From: Camelus ferus
Taxonomy: Eukaryota
Direction of reading: 5' to 3'
Assembly: GCF_009834535.1 (NCBI RefSeq)
Contig: NC_045697.1
Coordinates: forward strand, 61,444,001-61,508,000
Length of the DNA stretch: 64,000 nucleotides
In this document: in pieces, positions 13,501 to 25,905 of the stretch
Layout: every line of letters starts with the position of its first letter
Position numbering within the stretch: the stretch's first letter is position 1
Notes under the pieces: generated by a model
The model's input: only the letters and a program-made list of their open reading frames with translations
What the model was told of the DNA's origin: nothing
Databases searched by the model: none
Program-made: the position numbers and the translations under genes

Positions 13501-16500
13501 ATTAAGTGTTCCACTTCTATGATGCATTATAGCCCTGCTGACTGCTGAAATAAAGGTAAAACCTAAAGGATGGGAAGCGTCTGCTTCACTCTTTCATTGT
13601 AGGCTTTGGTTTCCCCGAGGGTGATCCTTGAAGGCACAGGTGAAGTGAGGCTTTACCAATCCACCTCTATTTCCTAATATGGGAACAGTTCTTCCTTTTC
13701 AGAAGATCAGAGTTCCAGAATGTTTATGCCTAAAACGACTTCCATTAGCATGGCTTATTTATAAGCTTTAAATATCACATTGAATTTTAGAACTCAGAAC
13801 ATTATACCTTAATTACTAAAAAACAAAACAAAACAAAATAAAAACCAAAAAACAGAAACAAAACTCCTGGGGAAATTTGGAACTTTTTGCTCAAAGCTAT
13901 CCTAAACCAATGTAACATTAAAGATTTAAAATTCTTTCGGTGTAACAAAATAACCAACTAGCATATATATTTATTTCTCCAATAGTTGCATGGACTTTTA
14001 CCTCAATCATTAATCCTCTTGTAAGAGAATAAAATGGAATAATAAATCACCAGTACAGATATGCTAGATTTGATCAATGTTTCTCTTTAGAAGGAGTAAA
14101 TAATAGAGCAACACCCACTCTGCAAAATTTATGTACCACAGCATTCTGTCACCTAGGCAAGGGGATTGATATGGACTGCTGAGAGGAAGCAAGACCTCCT
14201 CTCCCCTCCAGAACTGCTAAAGCAACAAGTCATCATTTACAGGGCAAATAACACCTCATTTCAGAGCAGTGCAATCCTTTCTCAGGAAAGAACTGCCCTA
14301 ATCCTCAACCTCTTCCTCCCGTAAGGAAACTAACAGTAGCTTATTTCATTAATCATTCTAGCTAGCAGGATAAAAGGAATGACATTTAGAAAGAAACTAC
14401 TCCATACTAAGTATTTTACATCTTTTCTGATGTATTCCTTAAAACACCATTATGAAATTGTAACACCCATTCCAGAGGGGAACCCTTCAGTGTATAAGTT
14501 TAGTATAAATTCTAATGCCACACACAAATCAAGCGAGGTTGGAATGCTGATTCTACTATTGAATTTCTAGCCCCAAAGTTCATCTATCTGATGTCTGCTG
14601 CCCAATGTTTTTATTAGAATGAAGTTTACTAGTAAATGCTTCTTTAGACAAAATACGGCTAGTAATAAGCAATGGATAAAACTGTTTATGGCCATGCATC
14701 CCTCAAGAAGACTATTAGAACCTTCAGGAACCAGTGTGTCTACAAGAAGATTTCAGAGACAGGGTATGTATATTTCATAAAGTCACTAGAACACCACGTG
14801 ATTTTGATTGTGTTAGTGTCCTTCTTTCCTCTCCAGACCATTGAAAATCACTCTCCAAATGAGTTACATGGAGTATTGTTAAGATGGTTGTTTCCTCTCC
14901 AAGCAGGGTAGCAACTGAAGTTAAGACTTCACTTCAAAATGAGGCTGGTAAAATGAGAGATGTAGAAAGTGAGCTTGCTGTAGCTGAAGAGCATGTAAGG
15001 CTGCAAGGTCATAAAAATGAAGTTTAACATCACCACAAATATAAGCCTAGCAAGACATCTATTATTCTTCCCAGACTCAGGCTCCTCATCTGTACAATAA
15101 GAAATTGGAGAAGATGAACTAAAAGCCCTTTCCAACTGATAAGAATACACGAGGAATGATGCCAACACTTTCTGTGGTTTAACAAGTTAGGAAATGCTAC
15201 AGATTGCTTGTCTTTCTAGGAGGTCTGCAATGCAGAGTAGCATCTTAAAGGCCCTTTCAAAGACCCATTCAATTTTGCTTATCCACATTTTTTCCAAGTA
15301 TATTTATTTTCCTCTGCTCTAGAGGAACATCTATTAATACCTAAAAGAATAAATTATCTGCAGAACACAATTTAGGAGAGGCTAGCTTAGAAAAAAGAAT
15401 AATGTATCAAATATCAAGAAATATATACATATATTTTGGATGTTATAGTAGATAAGAGTAGAGTGATAAGGCTATGACTTCAATAGTATAAGTGACAGTT
15501 TATGGGGTAATAGTGACACTAAGTAACAGGGTTTGGGTCAGAGTTTGAAATTCAAATGCCCTCAAGGCCTGGAAGTAAATGTACATAATGAAGAAGAACA
15601 AAATTTAAGATGGTAAACAGGAACTGACTGTGCCCCTGAGACACAGAGAAGAAACAGGGGATAGTGCAGACTTTAGTAAAGTGGATAATGCAAAGCTTCA
15701 TTTAAGAGAATAGCTACTGCTAATCTCAAACAACTGTTGCCACATACAGTGTTCCAATTTCAAAGAGAAGCTGGAAATTCTTATTTTCATCTGAAAACTC
15801 CCACACTTTTCATATTGGAAAATAATTCAAATTAAAATACTGTGTTTTCCATTACTTTGGAAGCCAACCACCTGCCGACCAGAAAACACATCTCCAGATT
15901 ATCTTTGGCCCATGAGCCACCTGCCTGTGGTGACTGCCTGAGGAATCAAACAAGCATACTGAGCACTCATCATGTGAATCACAGTGAACAAGCATAGTGA
16001 GAGAAGGAGCAATACGGAGAGCCAATGGTGAGATGATACTAATTGCCCAAAAGAGAGAGAGAGAGAAATTTCAACTAAAGTTAAGGAAAGTGTTATGGGA
16101 AAGGCTGGTGATGCAGAGTTTGCTCCACAAAGCTCAGTGTGAGAAGCCTGTAGCAAGACCAAGAGGTAGTCACAGTTGTAGTGAGATTAACTGGAAGAGA
16201 ATGAAATTTGAGATAAAGGAGCCACAGAAAAGGAAACATCAAACCATCCTTCATGAATGAGCATGCAGAGTACCATGTAGGTGAGCAGTTTACTGAAGGC
16301 TGTTCACCTGGTAGTGGCAGAGTTACAGGTGGCACTGAAGGCTTCCAAACTCCAGTCTCATCCTTTTTTGTCAAACCAGGATGCTTTTATTATCTTAAAA
16401 CTATACTTTTACTGTAAATTTATTAGAGGTACCTTTAAACAAATGCACTTTTTGATACTTTTGTCACCTTTTTCCAGATCATAAAAATGATATAATAGTG

Positions 16501-16769
16501 TCCTTTAAAGCTAACCGCAGGCAGCCAATACTATACATGTGATAGGATACTAAAATGAGATCCATCAAGTAATTAAATTTTTCTCTCAACACAGGTAATG
16601 TAATTCTGAATTCTGAATCAAGATATAACAAAGAATATAATAAAGCATAGCATGAGAAGTCCAGTTAACACTACTCTTAGGATTTAAAAAAATTTTTTCC
16701 AGATGTATTACTGCATTACAAAATAGGTGGAACACAGAACACAGGTTGATGAACTCTTGTAAACATTCC

Positions 16770-19700
16770 AGACAGATATTTCCAAATGTGGCTGCACAAA
16801 AATCATGTGTGGATCTTTTATTAAAAATTGATTATGGGGACAAACTTCAGATACCCTGATTCATAGGGAATGGATGGGTTCTAGAAATGTATGTCTTTAT
16901 AAAACTGCATTTTTAAAATTGTAAAACTATGTAGTATAAACTTTACCATGTTAACCATTTTTAAGTGTACAGTTCAGCAGCATTAAGTATATTCACATTG
17001 CTGTGCAACCAATCTCCAGAACTTTTTCATTTTCCCCATTTGAAATTCTAAAACTATTAAACAATAACACCCTAATCCCCGCTGCTCACCATGGGCAACC
17101 AACATTCTGTCTCTATGAATTTGACTACTCTAGGTACCTTATGTAAGTAGAATCATACAGTATGTGTTTGTTTGTAACTATCTTATTTCACTTAGTATAG
17201 TGAAGAACCATTTAAGATTTTCATTCTTCAAGATCCATTCATGTTGTAGTATGTGTCAGAATTTCCTTCCTTTTCAAGAATGAGTAATATCCCATGGTAT
17301 GTATGTACCACATTTTGTTTATCCACTCACCCACCAATGGACATTGGGTTATTTCCATCTTTTGGTTAGGATGAGTAATATTGCTATGAACATTGGTTTG
17401 ATTCTCTGCTTTCAATTCTTTGGTATATTTATATAGAATTGGAATTTCTGGTTTAAATAGGAATTCTATGTTTAATTTTTTTGAGGAACCACCATATCAT
17501 TTTCCACAGTGATGGCACCATTTATATTCCTACCAGCAATACACAGGATATCAATCTCTCCACACTCTCACCAACATTTGTTATATTTTTTGTTTTCTTT
17601 TGTTTTTTATAATAGATCTCCTAATTGGTGGAAGTGGTATTTCATTGTGGTTTTGATTTGCATTTTCCTAATGACTAGTGATATTGAGCAACTTTTTATG
17701 TGCTTACTTGCCATTTCTATCTTCTTTGGAGAAATGTCAAGTTCTTTGTTCGTTTCTAATGAGGTTGTTAGTTGTTGTTGGTGGTGGTGGTAGTGTTGTA
17801 GAATTGTAGAAGTTCTTCATGTATTTTGGCTATTAACCTCTTACTAGATATATTATTAAAAAAATACTTTTACCCATTCTATGGGTTGACTTTTCACTCT
17901 GTTTATAAGGTTCTTTTATGCATAAAGGTTTTTAATTTTGATGAAGTTTACTTTATCTATTTTTTCTTTGATTCTTGTGTTTTTGTTATAGCCAATAAAT
18001 TATTTTCCTCTATGCTTTCTTCTAAGAATTTAATAATTTTAGCTCTTATATTTTGGTCTTTTATTCATTTTGAGTTATTTTTTGGACTATGGAGTAAGAT
18101 AAGGATCCAATTTTATTTTTCTGACACATGGCTTTCCAGTTTTCACAACACTGTTTGCTCAAGACATTATCTTTTCTTCATTGAATAATTTTGACATGCT
18201 TGTCAAAAGTAACTGGAGTGTATATTCAAAAATCTGTCTGGGCTTTTATTCTATTCCGTTTGTCTATATGTCTCTCTTTATGTCAATACCACACTGTTTT
18301 GATTATTGCAGCTTTGTAGTAAGTTTTGAAATCAGTAAGAGTGAGACCTTTCTTTTTCAAGATTGTTTTTGCTTATTTGAAGTTCCTTCTGGTTTCAAAT
18401 GAAATTTAGGATGGATTTTTACTATTTCTACAAAAAAGTCATTGGGATTTGATGGCGATTGCATTGAATCTGTAGTATTGACTTTGGGTAGTATTGATAT
18501 CATAATAAAAATTCTTCTAATCATGAACATAAAATACCTTTCCATTTATTCTGTGTCTTCTTTAATTTCTTTCAGCAATATGTTGTAGATTTCAGTGTAC
18601 AAGTCTTTCACCTCCTTGGTTAGGTTTATTCATAAGAATTTTATTCTTTTGGATGCTATTTTAAATGAAATTATTTTCTTAATTTCTATTTTGTATTGTT
18701 CACTCTTTTTGGAAAATTTTATTTTTGATTTGTTTTTACACTATAGACATTTTAAATTTTAAATGTTTAAAGCAATCATTTTCTCCTTTATAATTTTTGT
18801 CTTTGGTTTAAGGCTAACAGGGTCCTTTCTCATCCAATTATCAATTTTTTCTAATACTTTTATATTTACACCTTTTTTCCAGATGACTTCCTATCCATTA
18901 AGTAACAAAATGGAACCACCCATACCTCATAACATTACAGTGAAGATTAAATGAGCTAATTCAATGGAAGGGTCTAGAAACAATAAATGGCACCTAGTCT
19001 TAATGTACAGAAACACAAGTGAATTTTTCATGTTGATTTTGTATCCTATAACTTGCTAATTTTTTCTTAGTTCCACAGGTTTTTTTTGTGTGAATTTTTA
19101 AAGGTTTTCTACATACAAGATTATGTCATCTACAAAGAAAGGTCACCTTACTTCTTCCTTTCCAATTTCAATACTCCTTATTTCTACTTCTTGGCTAATT
19201 GCTCTGGCTAAGACTTCCAGTACTATGTTGAACAGAAGTGGTGAAAGTGAGAATCCTTGTCTTCTTTCTAATCTTAGAACAAAAGTTTTCAGTCTTTCAT
19301 CACTGAATATGGTGTTCTCTATGAACTTTTCATATAAAGGCTTTATTATGTTAAGGTAGTTTTCTTCTACTCTTTGTTAAGTGTTTTTTTTTTTTTTTAA
19401 TCATGAAAGGATATTCAATTTTGTCAAAATTTTTTCTACATTGATTGAAATAATCGTGTGTTTCTTTCCCCTTCATTCTGTTAATGTATCATATTACACT
19501 AATTAGTGTTTGTATGTTGAGCCATCCTTGCATAGATAAATAAATATCAGTTGGTCATGGTGTATAATCCTTTTAATATACTGCTGAATTTAGTTTGCTA
19601 ATATTTTGTTGAGGGTCTTTGCATCAATGTTCATAAAGGATATTGGTTGTAGTTTTATTTCCTTGCAGTATCTTTATCTGGCTTTGGTATTAGGGTAATG

Positions 19701-19795
19701 CTGACCTTATAGAATGGATTAAGAACAAAACTGAATTTTCGTTAAAATTTGTCTGTTGATTCTGATGTTCAGCTCCTGTGTAAAACCACTGTTCT
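16770..19795 (-). mobile_element. 5'-truncated L1 (L1MA/MB-like, about 16914-19726) inserted into a MER5-like DNA transposon, with target-site duplication
   Basis: L1 3'UTR and ORF2 antisense text (ttaaccatttttaagtgtacagttcag). Flanked by aaaactgcatttt (16901-16913) and aaaactgaatttt (19727-19739), one mismatch. MER5-like sequence resumes on both sides. Confidence 0.85.
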
Positions 19796-20339
19796 ACTAA
19801 GAGGTACAATGTTTTAATATCACTTAGAATTCCTTCAAAGTAAGCTTCAAATATTTAAATATTTTCCACGTTGTTAAGAAAATCTCCTTACACTGTATAG
19901 GTCTTAGAATTAATAAAGCAGTTTCACAGAAGTTTGGCCTCCTATTAATTATACAAAATACAAGAAGTTATTTAGACTCCTATTTTACAGAATAAGGAAA
20001 TTTTGAAACAAAGAAATGGCTTAAATTTTGCTAACAAGTGATGGAGCTGAGAAAAGAACCCAAGATGAAATTATACCAGTCATTAAATAATGTGACTTAA
20101 TCAAAAATAACAGGAGTGGGGGGAAAGTGTAGAATGAAGTTTAAAGCATGACTACATCATATAGACATTTTAATTGTGATGATATATATTAAGTTTACGA
20201 GTTTGCCTTGTAGTCAGAAACATCATAGTTACTAACAACACTTTAATATAGCAGATAGAGTTTTAAGTTGAATATTTTCTACAGTGTTGCCTAAAGTTGG
20301 CTCTTTTGATTTATGTTTATGACCAAGACAGTGAAGTTT

Positions 20340-21010
20340 CTGTTGCTGGTTGGATAGTTTGAGATACAGACACTGAGGGTTTTCATATGCACAATGTTAA
20401 AGGATGAGAAAGGAAAACAAAGAAAACAGAATCAAACAAGAGGAGAAGCTGAGCTGTTGTTATGGACTGAATTTTGTACTTACCCCCAAATTTGTATGTT
20501 GAAGCTCTAGCCTCCAGTGTGATGGTATTTGGAAGTAAGTCTTTTGGGAGGTTAGTCATATGTAAATGAACTCATGAGGATGGAGCCTGCATGATTGGAT
20601 TTTTTTTTTTTTAAATGAGGAAGAGAGACTAGAGTGCACTCTCTTTCTCCACCACGTGTATGAGGACACATCAAGAAGGCAGCCATCCTAAAGCCAGAAA
20701 TGAGAGTCTTTACCAGGATCTGAATCTGCCAAGACCTTGACCTTGAACTTCCCAGGCTCCAGAATTGTGCCACCCAATCTACGTATTGCATTATAGCAGC
20801 CCGAGCTAAGACAGTTTTGAAGCAGGTCTAACAAAATTAGACAACCTCACAGAGAGTTTGAAGCTACAATGGCTTTAAAGAGTTTCCCCTCGTTGGGCTA
20901 AGATGACCAGGTCTTTACAGTCCCTGAAAGTGTGGGCACTGATCTGAGCTGCTGTGAGAAGGGGTATTTTGTTGAGTGAGGTAGCTCTTTGCAGCTGAGA
21001 AACCACTATC
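20340..21010. mobile_element. Nested MaLR (MLT1/MST-type) solo LTRs
   Basis: Inner LTR tgttatggactgaa...atagcagcccgagctaagaca (about 20458-20812) within older MLT1-like sequence. Confidence 0.75.
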
Positions 21011-22339
21011 TCACTGAAAGTGATCTGCCTACTATGTCAGACTATCTTATTCAAAGAGCTTTTTCCAGAATTTATTCAGCAATATTTTCCTATTTCTCTA
21101 TCACCCCTAAGTTCTACATTAGCACAGTTTAAAATTGAATCCTCTACTTTTGTTTGCACACTGAAGTTTCTATCTAGGTGGGTTTTTATGACTTTATAGA
21201 ATACATCTTGGCAAAATGCCTCTATGTTCATTATCTTAAGAGATGTTATTTCCTGTTCCTGATGTCAATGAGAAAAAAAGATGGTTCATTTTCTTACAAG
21301 ACTTTTCTTGAAATAAACTGAACCACCTGTGGTTTGTCAGGCAGTAAATGTTTTTTTCCCTAGAGGTTGAATTTTTATATATTCGATAACAAGTGGTATA
21401 TATACATCAAACATGAATTTTTCTCTTTAAAAAGACACAATCATGATGTTTTCATTATTAAAGGAATTAGTTGGTGACATTAGTTGGAGCAGCCATAAAG
21501 ATTGCTTTGCACCAACAAAGTATCCACACATTTAAATATTTTCTTTATTCTTTCCTTGTCTGTTTTCTTCCATTCTTTCAATAAATATCCATCTATTGTT
21601 TACCATATATTATGTACTATACTATGTATTAAGGACATAAATGACACAGTCATACAGCCTCTTCTCTTAAGGAGCTCACAGTCAAGTTGAGGAAATATAT
21701 ATAAAAACAACCAAAAAATGCAATACAGAATACTGTACACTGACAGATCAACACAGAAATAGTGGTATGAAAGAAAAAATTAACCAACAGGACCTGATAA
21801 TATAATTGGAGACACACATAAATCATGAAATTGCTGCATCTGAATAAATCCTAGAGGTCAATTACACAAAACAATCATCCCATACTTGGGTAACCCCTAC
21901 AATCTTTTTGCTCAGAGATGGTCCAGCTTGTGTTGACAACTTTCATTGACAAGCAATTCTAATTCATTCTTTGGGTAAATCTGGTGTTAAAACAAAAAGT
22001 GAAAAGAAAAAGATACTACGATAAACTCTATCCCTTCAAAGTTGATGCTAATTAGTCCTTTTTTATCCTTAGAGAATGAATATAATCTCTCATCCACATG
22101 CCAACCTTTCAAATATATATAATAGCAACAATTATTTTGTTTATCTTCTTCAAAATTCAAGACATGAGATAGAATTAAGACTTTATATTTTTATGTTTAA
22201 CTGAAAAATACTTCATATCCTTCCAAAAAAGGCATTTATGAGAATAATAATCGTAAGTCTATATATGAAAGTCACATTCCTATGAATATATTTGAAAACC
22301 AATGTGTAGCTCTAACCTACATGATAGGTTTGCTAATTA

Positions 22340-23340
22340 AATCAGTGCTTCTCAAACATTAAAGTGCATATGAATCACTTGAAAATTTCATTAAATGTTC
22401 ATTCAGATGTAGTAGGTCTGAGATAGGGCCTAAAAATTTGCCCTTATTGGAAGCTTCAATATGTAAATAAACTTACATACTGAAGGTAATGAGTGATAGT
22501 TACATAGCTGACACTGTTGCCTTGTTCACATCTGGTTGGACCTGCAGTCCAGTGCCCTAGTCAAAGGACAGTCATCAATAGGCCAGATCTGCAAGGCAAC
22601 AGCAAACTTTGAGGAGGTTCAATATGATGCATTTATCTAAAAGGGGCATTCCATGTTGATTGCAAAAGAACTTTCATCTTCGGAGCTTCGCGTGCAAAGT
22701 CTTGATAGGAGGATGGCAGAAGCAGAAGTCACAGCAGAGATATCCATGGAGGCAACAATGAACACTCACTTCTGATGTAATTATGAGATGGTGAAATTGA
22801 AAAAGCAGTGATTTTCAAAATTGGATGCACCTTAGAATCACTCAGGGAGCTTTTCAAAATCCCAATGCCCAGGCTGAACCCCAGCCCAGAATCTTGGGGG
22901 CTATGAGCTTTCAATGTTTGTTCAAAAAAAAAAAAGAAAAATCCTAGGTGATTTCTGAAATACAGAAGTACAGTCAAGGTTGACAGTCACTTATGCTAGA
23001 TATACTGTCAATCACTAAATCAGCTATTGAATTCTAGAAAACAAGGCATAAAACAATGTTCTCCTTGAGACTTGGTTATGGAGTTGTGACTGGGTTGTCT
23101 GTGTAACCTTATATTACTGGTTCTCAAGTGTCAGCTCTCACCAGAATCACCTGGAGAACTTGTCAGAAATGCAGATTGCTAGGTCCCTTTCTCAGAATTT
23201 TTTATTTAGTAGGCCAGGGGTAGGGCCTAAAAATGTGCATTTCTGACAAGTTCTCAAGTGATGCTAATGTTGCATTTCTGACAAGTTCTCAAGTGATGCG
23301 AATGTTGCTGACAAATGGACCACACTTTCAGAACTACTAC
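22340..23340. mobile_element. Cluster of three MER5-like hAT MITEs (about 22340-22460, 22800-22990, 23115-23340)
   Basis: cagtg.ttctcaaa termini, aatcacctggaga and tgcatttctgacaagttctcaagtgatgct motifs. Confidence 0.75.
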
Positions 23341-23959
23341 CCTATATTATAGATGAATCAGGAGATTGGGAGAGAGTGAAAAAGAGAAAAGGAGAAAGGG
23401 GAAAAAAAGAAACAGCTTCTAGGCATTGGAAGTAATCAGAATAAATATAAATTTGTGAAAGATGGTGGGCAGTATGTCCACAGGATTCAAGGAGTTTGCT
23501 GTGACAATAGTAAAGGTAATAAAATGGAAAGGGCAAGAAATGAGACTCGTAGAGTGGGCTATGAAAGACATGAGAAGAGTGTGAATTTCACCCTGTAGTG
23601 TATGTAATGGTAATTATCCTGACCAAAGGTGGGAATCAGAAAGGTAATTCTGGCCTTAGTATGTTAGTAATTAATGCAAGGATCAAATTGATTCCTACCC
23701 TTTTCAAAAAAAATCTAAAATAGACATTGATTGGGATTTTTTTCACAAGAAACATTCTGGAAACAAGGTAAAAAATACATGTATACTGTATTTTAAAATG
23801 AGAATTGGTGAAATAACAAATCTACAAAAAGTTTTAGGTATTTAGAATAAAATACTAAAATTTCTTTTCAAGATAATTGAAATTTCTGCTTCCAAATATT
23901 ACAAAACTGTTTCTTAATGATGTTTTAAAACTAAAAGTTCTGTTCTTTAATTTTTTTTA

Positions 23960-24830
23960 GAATATGTATATATGCCATCCTACCAGCAAAACTGATATGC
24001 AAATTCTAGTGCCCAAATTTTGGTCTCTACCATCATTTACAAGAACCAGAGCTTCTTGGAGAAAAGGCTGACTTCATGTCTACAGCATAGATGATCCAAG
24101 TTGAATTCAGAACATCTTGCTAGGTCAGAAAGCAAGGCTATTTTTAAAGATTAAATAGGTCATGCAATGAGGACATAGGAGCCAAGGAGCCATATTGAAG
24201 AGTTTGAAATGGGACAAAAGTGTGATAATTTATGCATCAAAAAAGAAAAGAAATTTATAGTTGCATAAATTAAATTTATAAAAAGCCATGAGTTTATAAT
24301 GACACCAAAAGGGAGTCTTCATAAGGTATACAATATCACATATAATATCTTTTTGCTAAAAATATTTAAATTTAATTGAACTTTTAAATTTAACTTGTAA
24401 TTTAAGGGAATTACAAGCATTATAGGGAAGAAGATAACCAATACTATAAGAATGACCGGCCAGATCTGGATGGTGGAGATGGAACAGTTTCTAGGACAAC
24501 CAACAGTCAGTTCATGAGAGTTTCTTCACAAAAAGGTGCTATTAAAGAAGAGAAAACCTAAAGGGACATAAAATTTGTGATGGGGAGATCTTAGTTAAGA
24601 CAGATAATCAGGAAAGAATATGTTAAAGTAATTAGGGAAATTTGAATATGGATGGGGTATTAACTGATACTAAGAAATTTTAATGCACTTCATTAGGTGT
24701 TATCCTATTATTTTGGCTATGGAAGAAGATATTTTTAGAGAAGCATTCTGAAATATTTAGAAGTGAAATGTTACCTGGTCTGTAATTGATATTAAAATAC
24801 ACTACAGACAGTGAGATACAAATGTGTGGA
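23960..24830 (+). mobile_element. Old L1 (L1MC/L1ME-type) 3' UTR fragments
   Basis: aattagggaaatttgaatatggatggggtattaactgatactaag and ctgaaatatttagaagtgaaatg are typical of old L1 3' ends. Confidence 0.6.
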
Positions 24831-25569
24831 TGTATTAGTTTTAATTTACTCATAAGAGTGATTAACTTGCCCTAATCTGGAATGCAGATTCCAAAATATA
24901 ATTAGCTAGATTTTTATTCCAAAAGCCTAATTCCAAGGCAGCTGATGATAGCATTCCAACAATCTTTAATCTCAATCAACTCCAGAATTTTATTAATTAG
25001 CATCATTGCCTACTAGAATTGAATTTTTACAGTTAAAATTATTGGCTGGTTAGTAAACATCATGAATATTAGAGATAGGTTTTCATTAGTGAATTAGTTG
25101 TTTTCAAGATGTATGGATTTCAGTAGAAGTACTTTAGAGACATTCCTGCCCTTGAACAAACAGGTCATAAAAATCAAGCAAGCAGAGCAAACTTGTCCTT
25201 AGAAATGTTACTCTCACCTTGATTCCTAAATGGTCCTATGTGTATCCAGAAGATTTTTGCTTGCCTGACTCCCATCAGTAATGCGTGTTGAATCTTGCCA
25301 CCAGATGATTGTCACAATTGAAGCACCAAAAATAAAGCTGGGGCTTTCATGAAGCCAAAACAGTTTGTCTGAGAACATTGTGTCTTTCTGTATTTGTGTC
25401 AGGATTCTATTCCAGACTCGTTTCCAGTGATACCTGGTATGAAGTTGTTGGGGGGAGAACCAACAACCATCACTTGCCTCTAACTGTTGAAGGCTATTAA
25501 TGTTCACCAAAAGGAATCTAATAGTTGCACATGATCAAATTGGTTTAGTTCAGTTTGCAACATCATTCT

Positions 25570-25905
25570 TCTTGTCATGGTGATTGATTAAAGAATGTAA
25601 ATGGAACCTACATCAGAGCAGTAAGACTGAACTGTGGGAGTTTTATAGAAATTATTTAGAAAGTGCTGTTCTTCAAAGACACTATAAACACACTGGAATT
25701 GCCAAGCTTGTTGAGGAGAATCTTGAGGCTGTTTAGAGCCATAATGGCAACTGCATGGAAACAGTCTGCATGAGAAAGAATCCAAAGCCAAGGAAAACAA
25801 GATTTAGAGCCAGACAGGTTCTTGATGTTTGAGCATCTGTATACAGAAATACCAGAATTTAATTCTCTCCATGAAATTTTCAATTATAAGAATGCCAAAA
25901 TTATC
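25570..25905 (-). mobile_element. MLT1-type MaLR LTR interrupting the C-terminal part of EBLL
   Basis: MLT1-like motifs (tcatggtgattgatt, gccataatggcaactgcatggaaacagtctg). Confidence 0.55.

Noticed and set aside
335..19359. Many 60-120 aa hydrophobic ORFs in the provided track
   Set aside because: Most lie antisense within degenerate L1 or L2 sequence and reflect T-rich composition, not genes.
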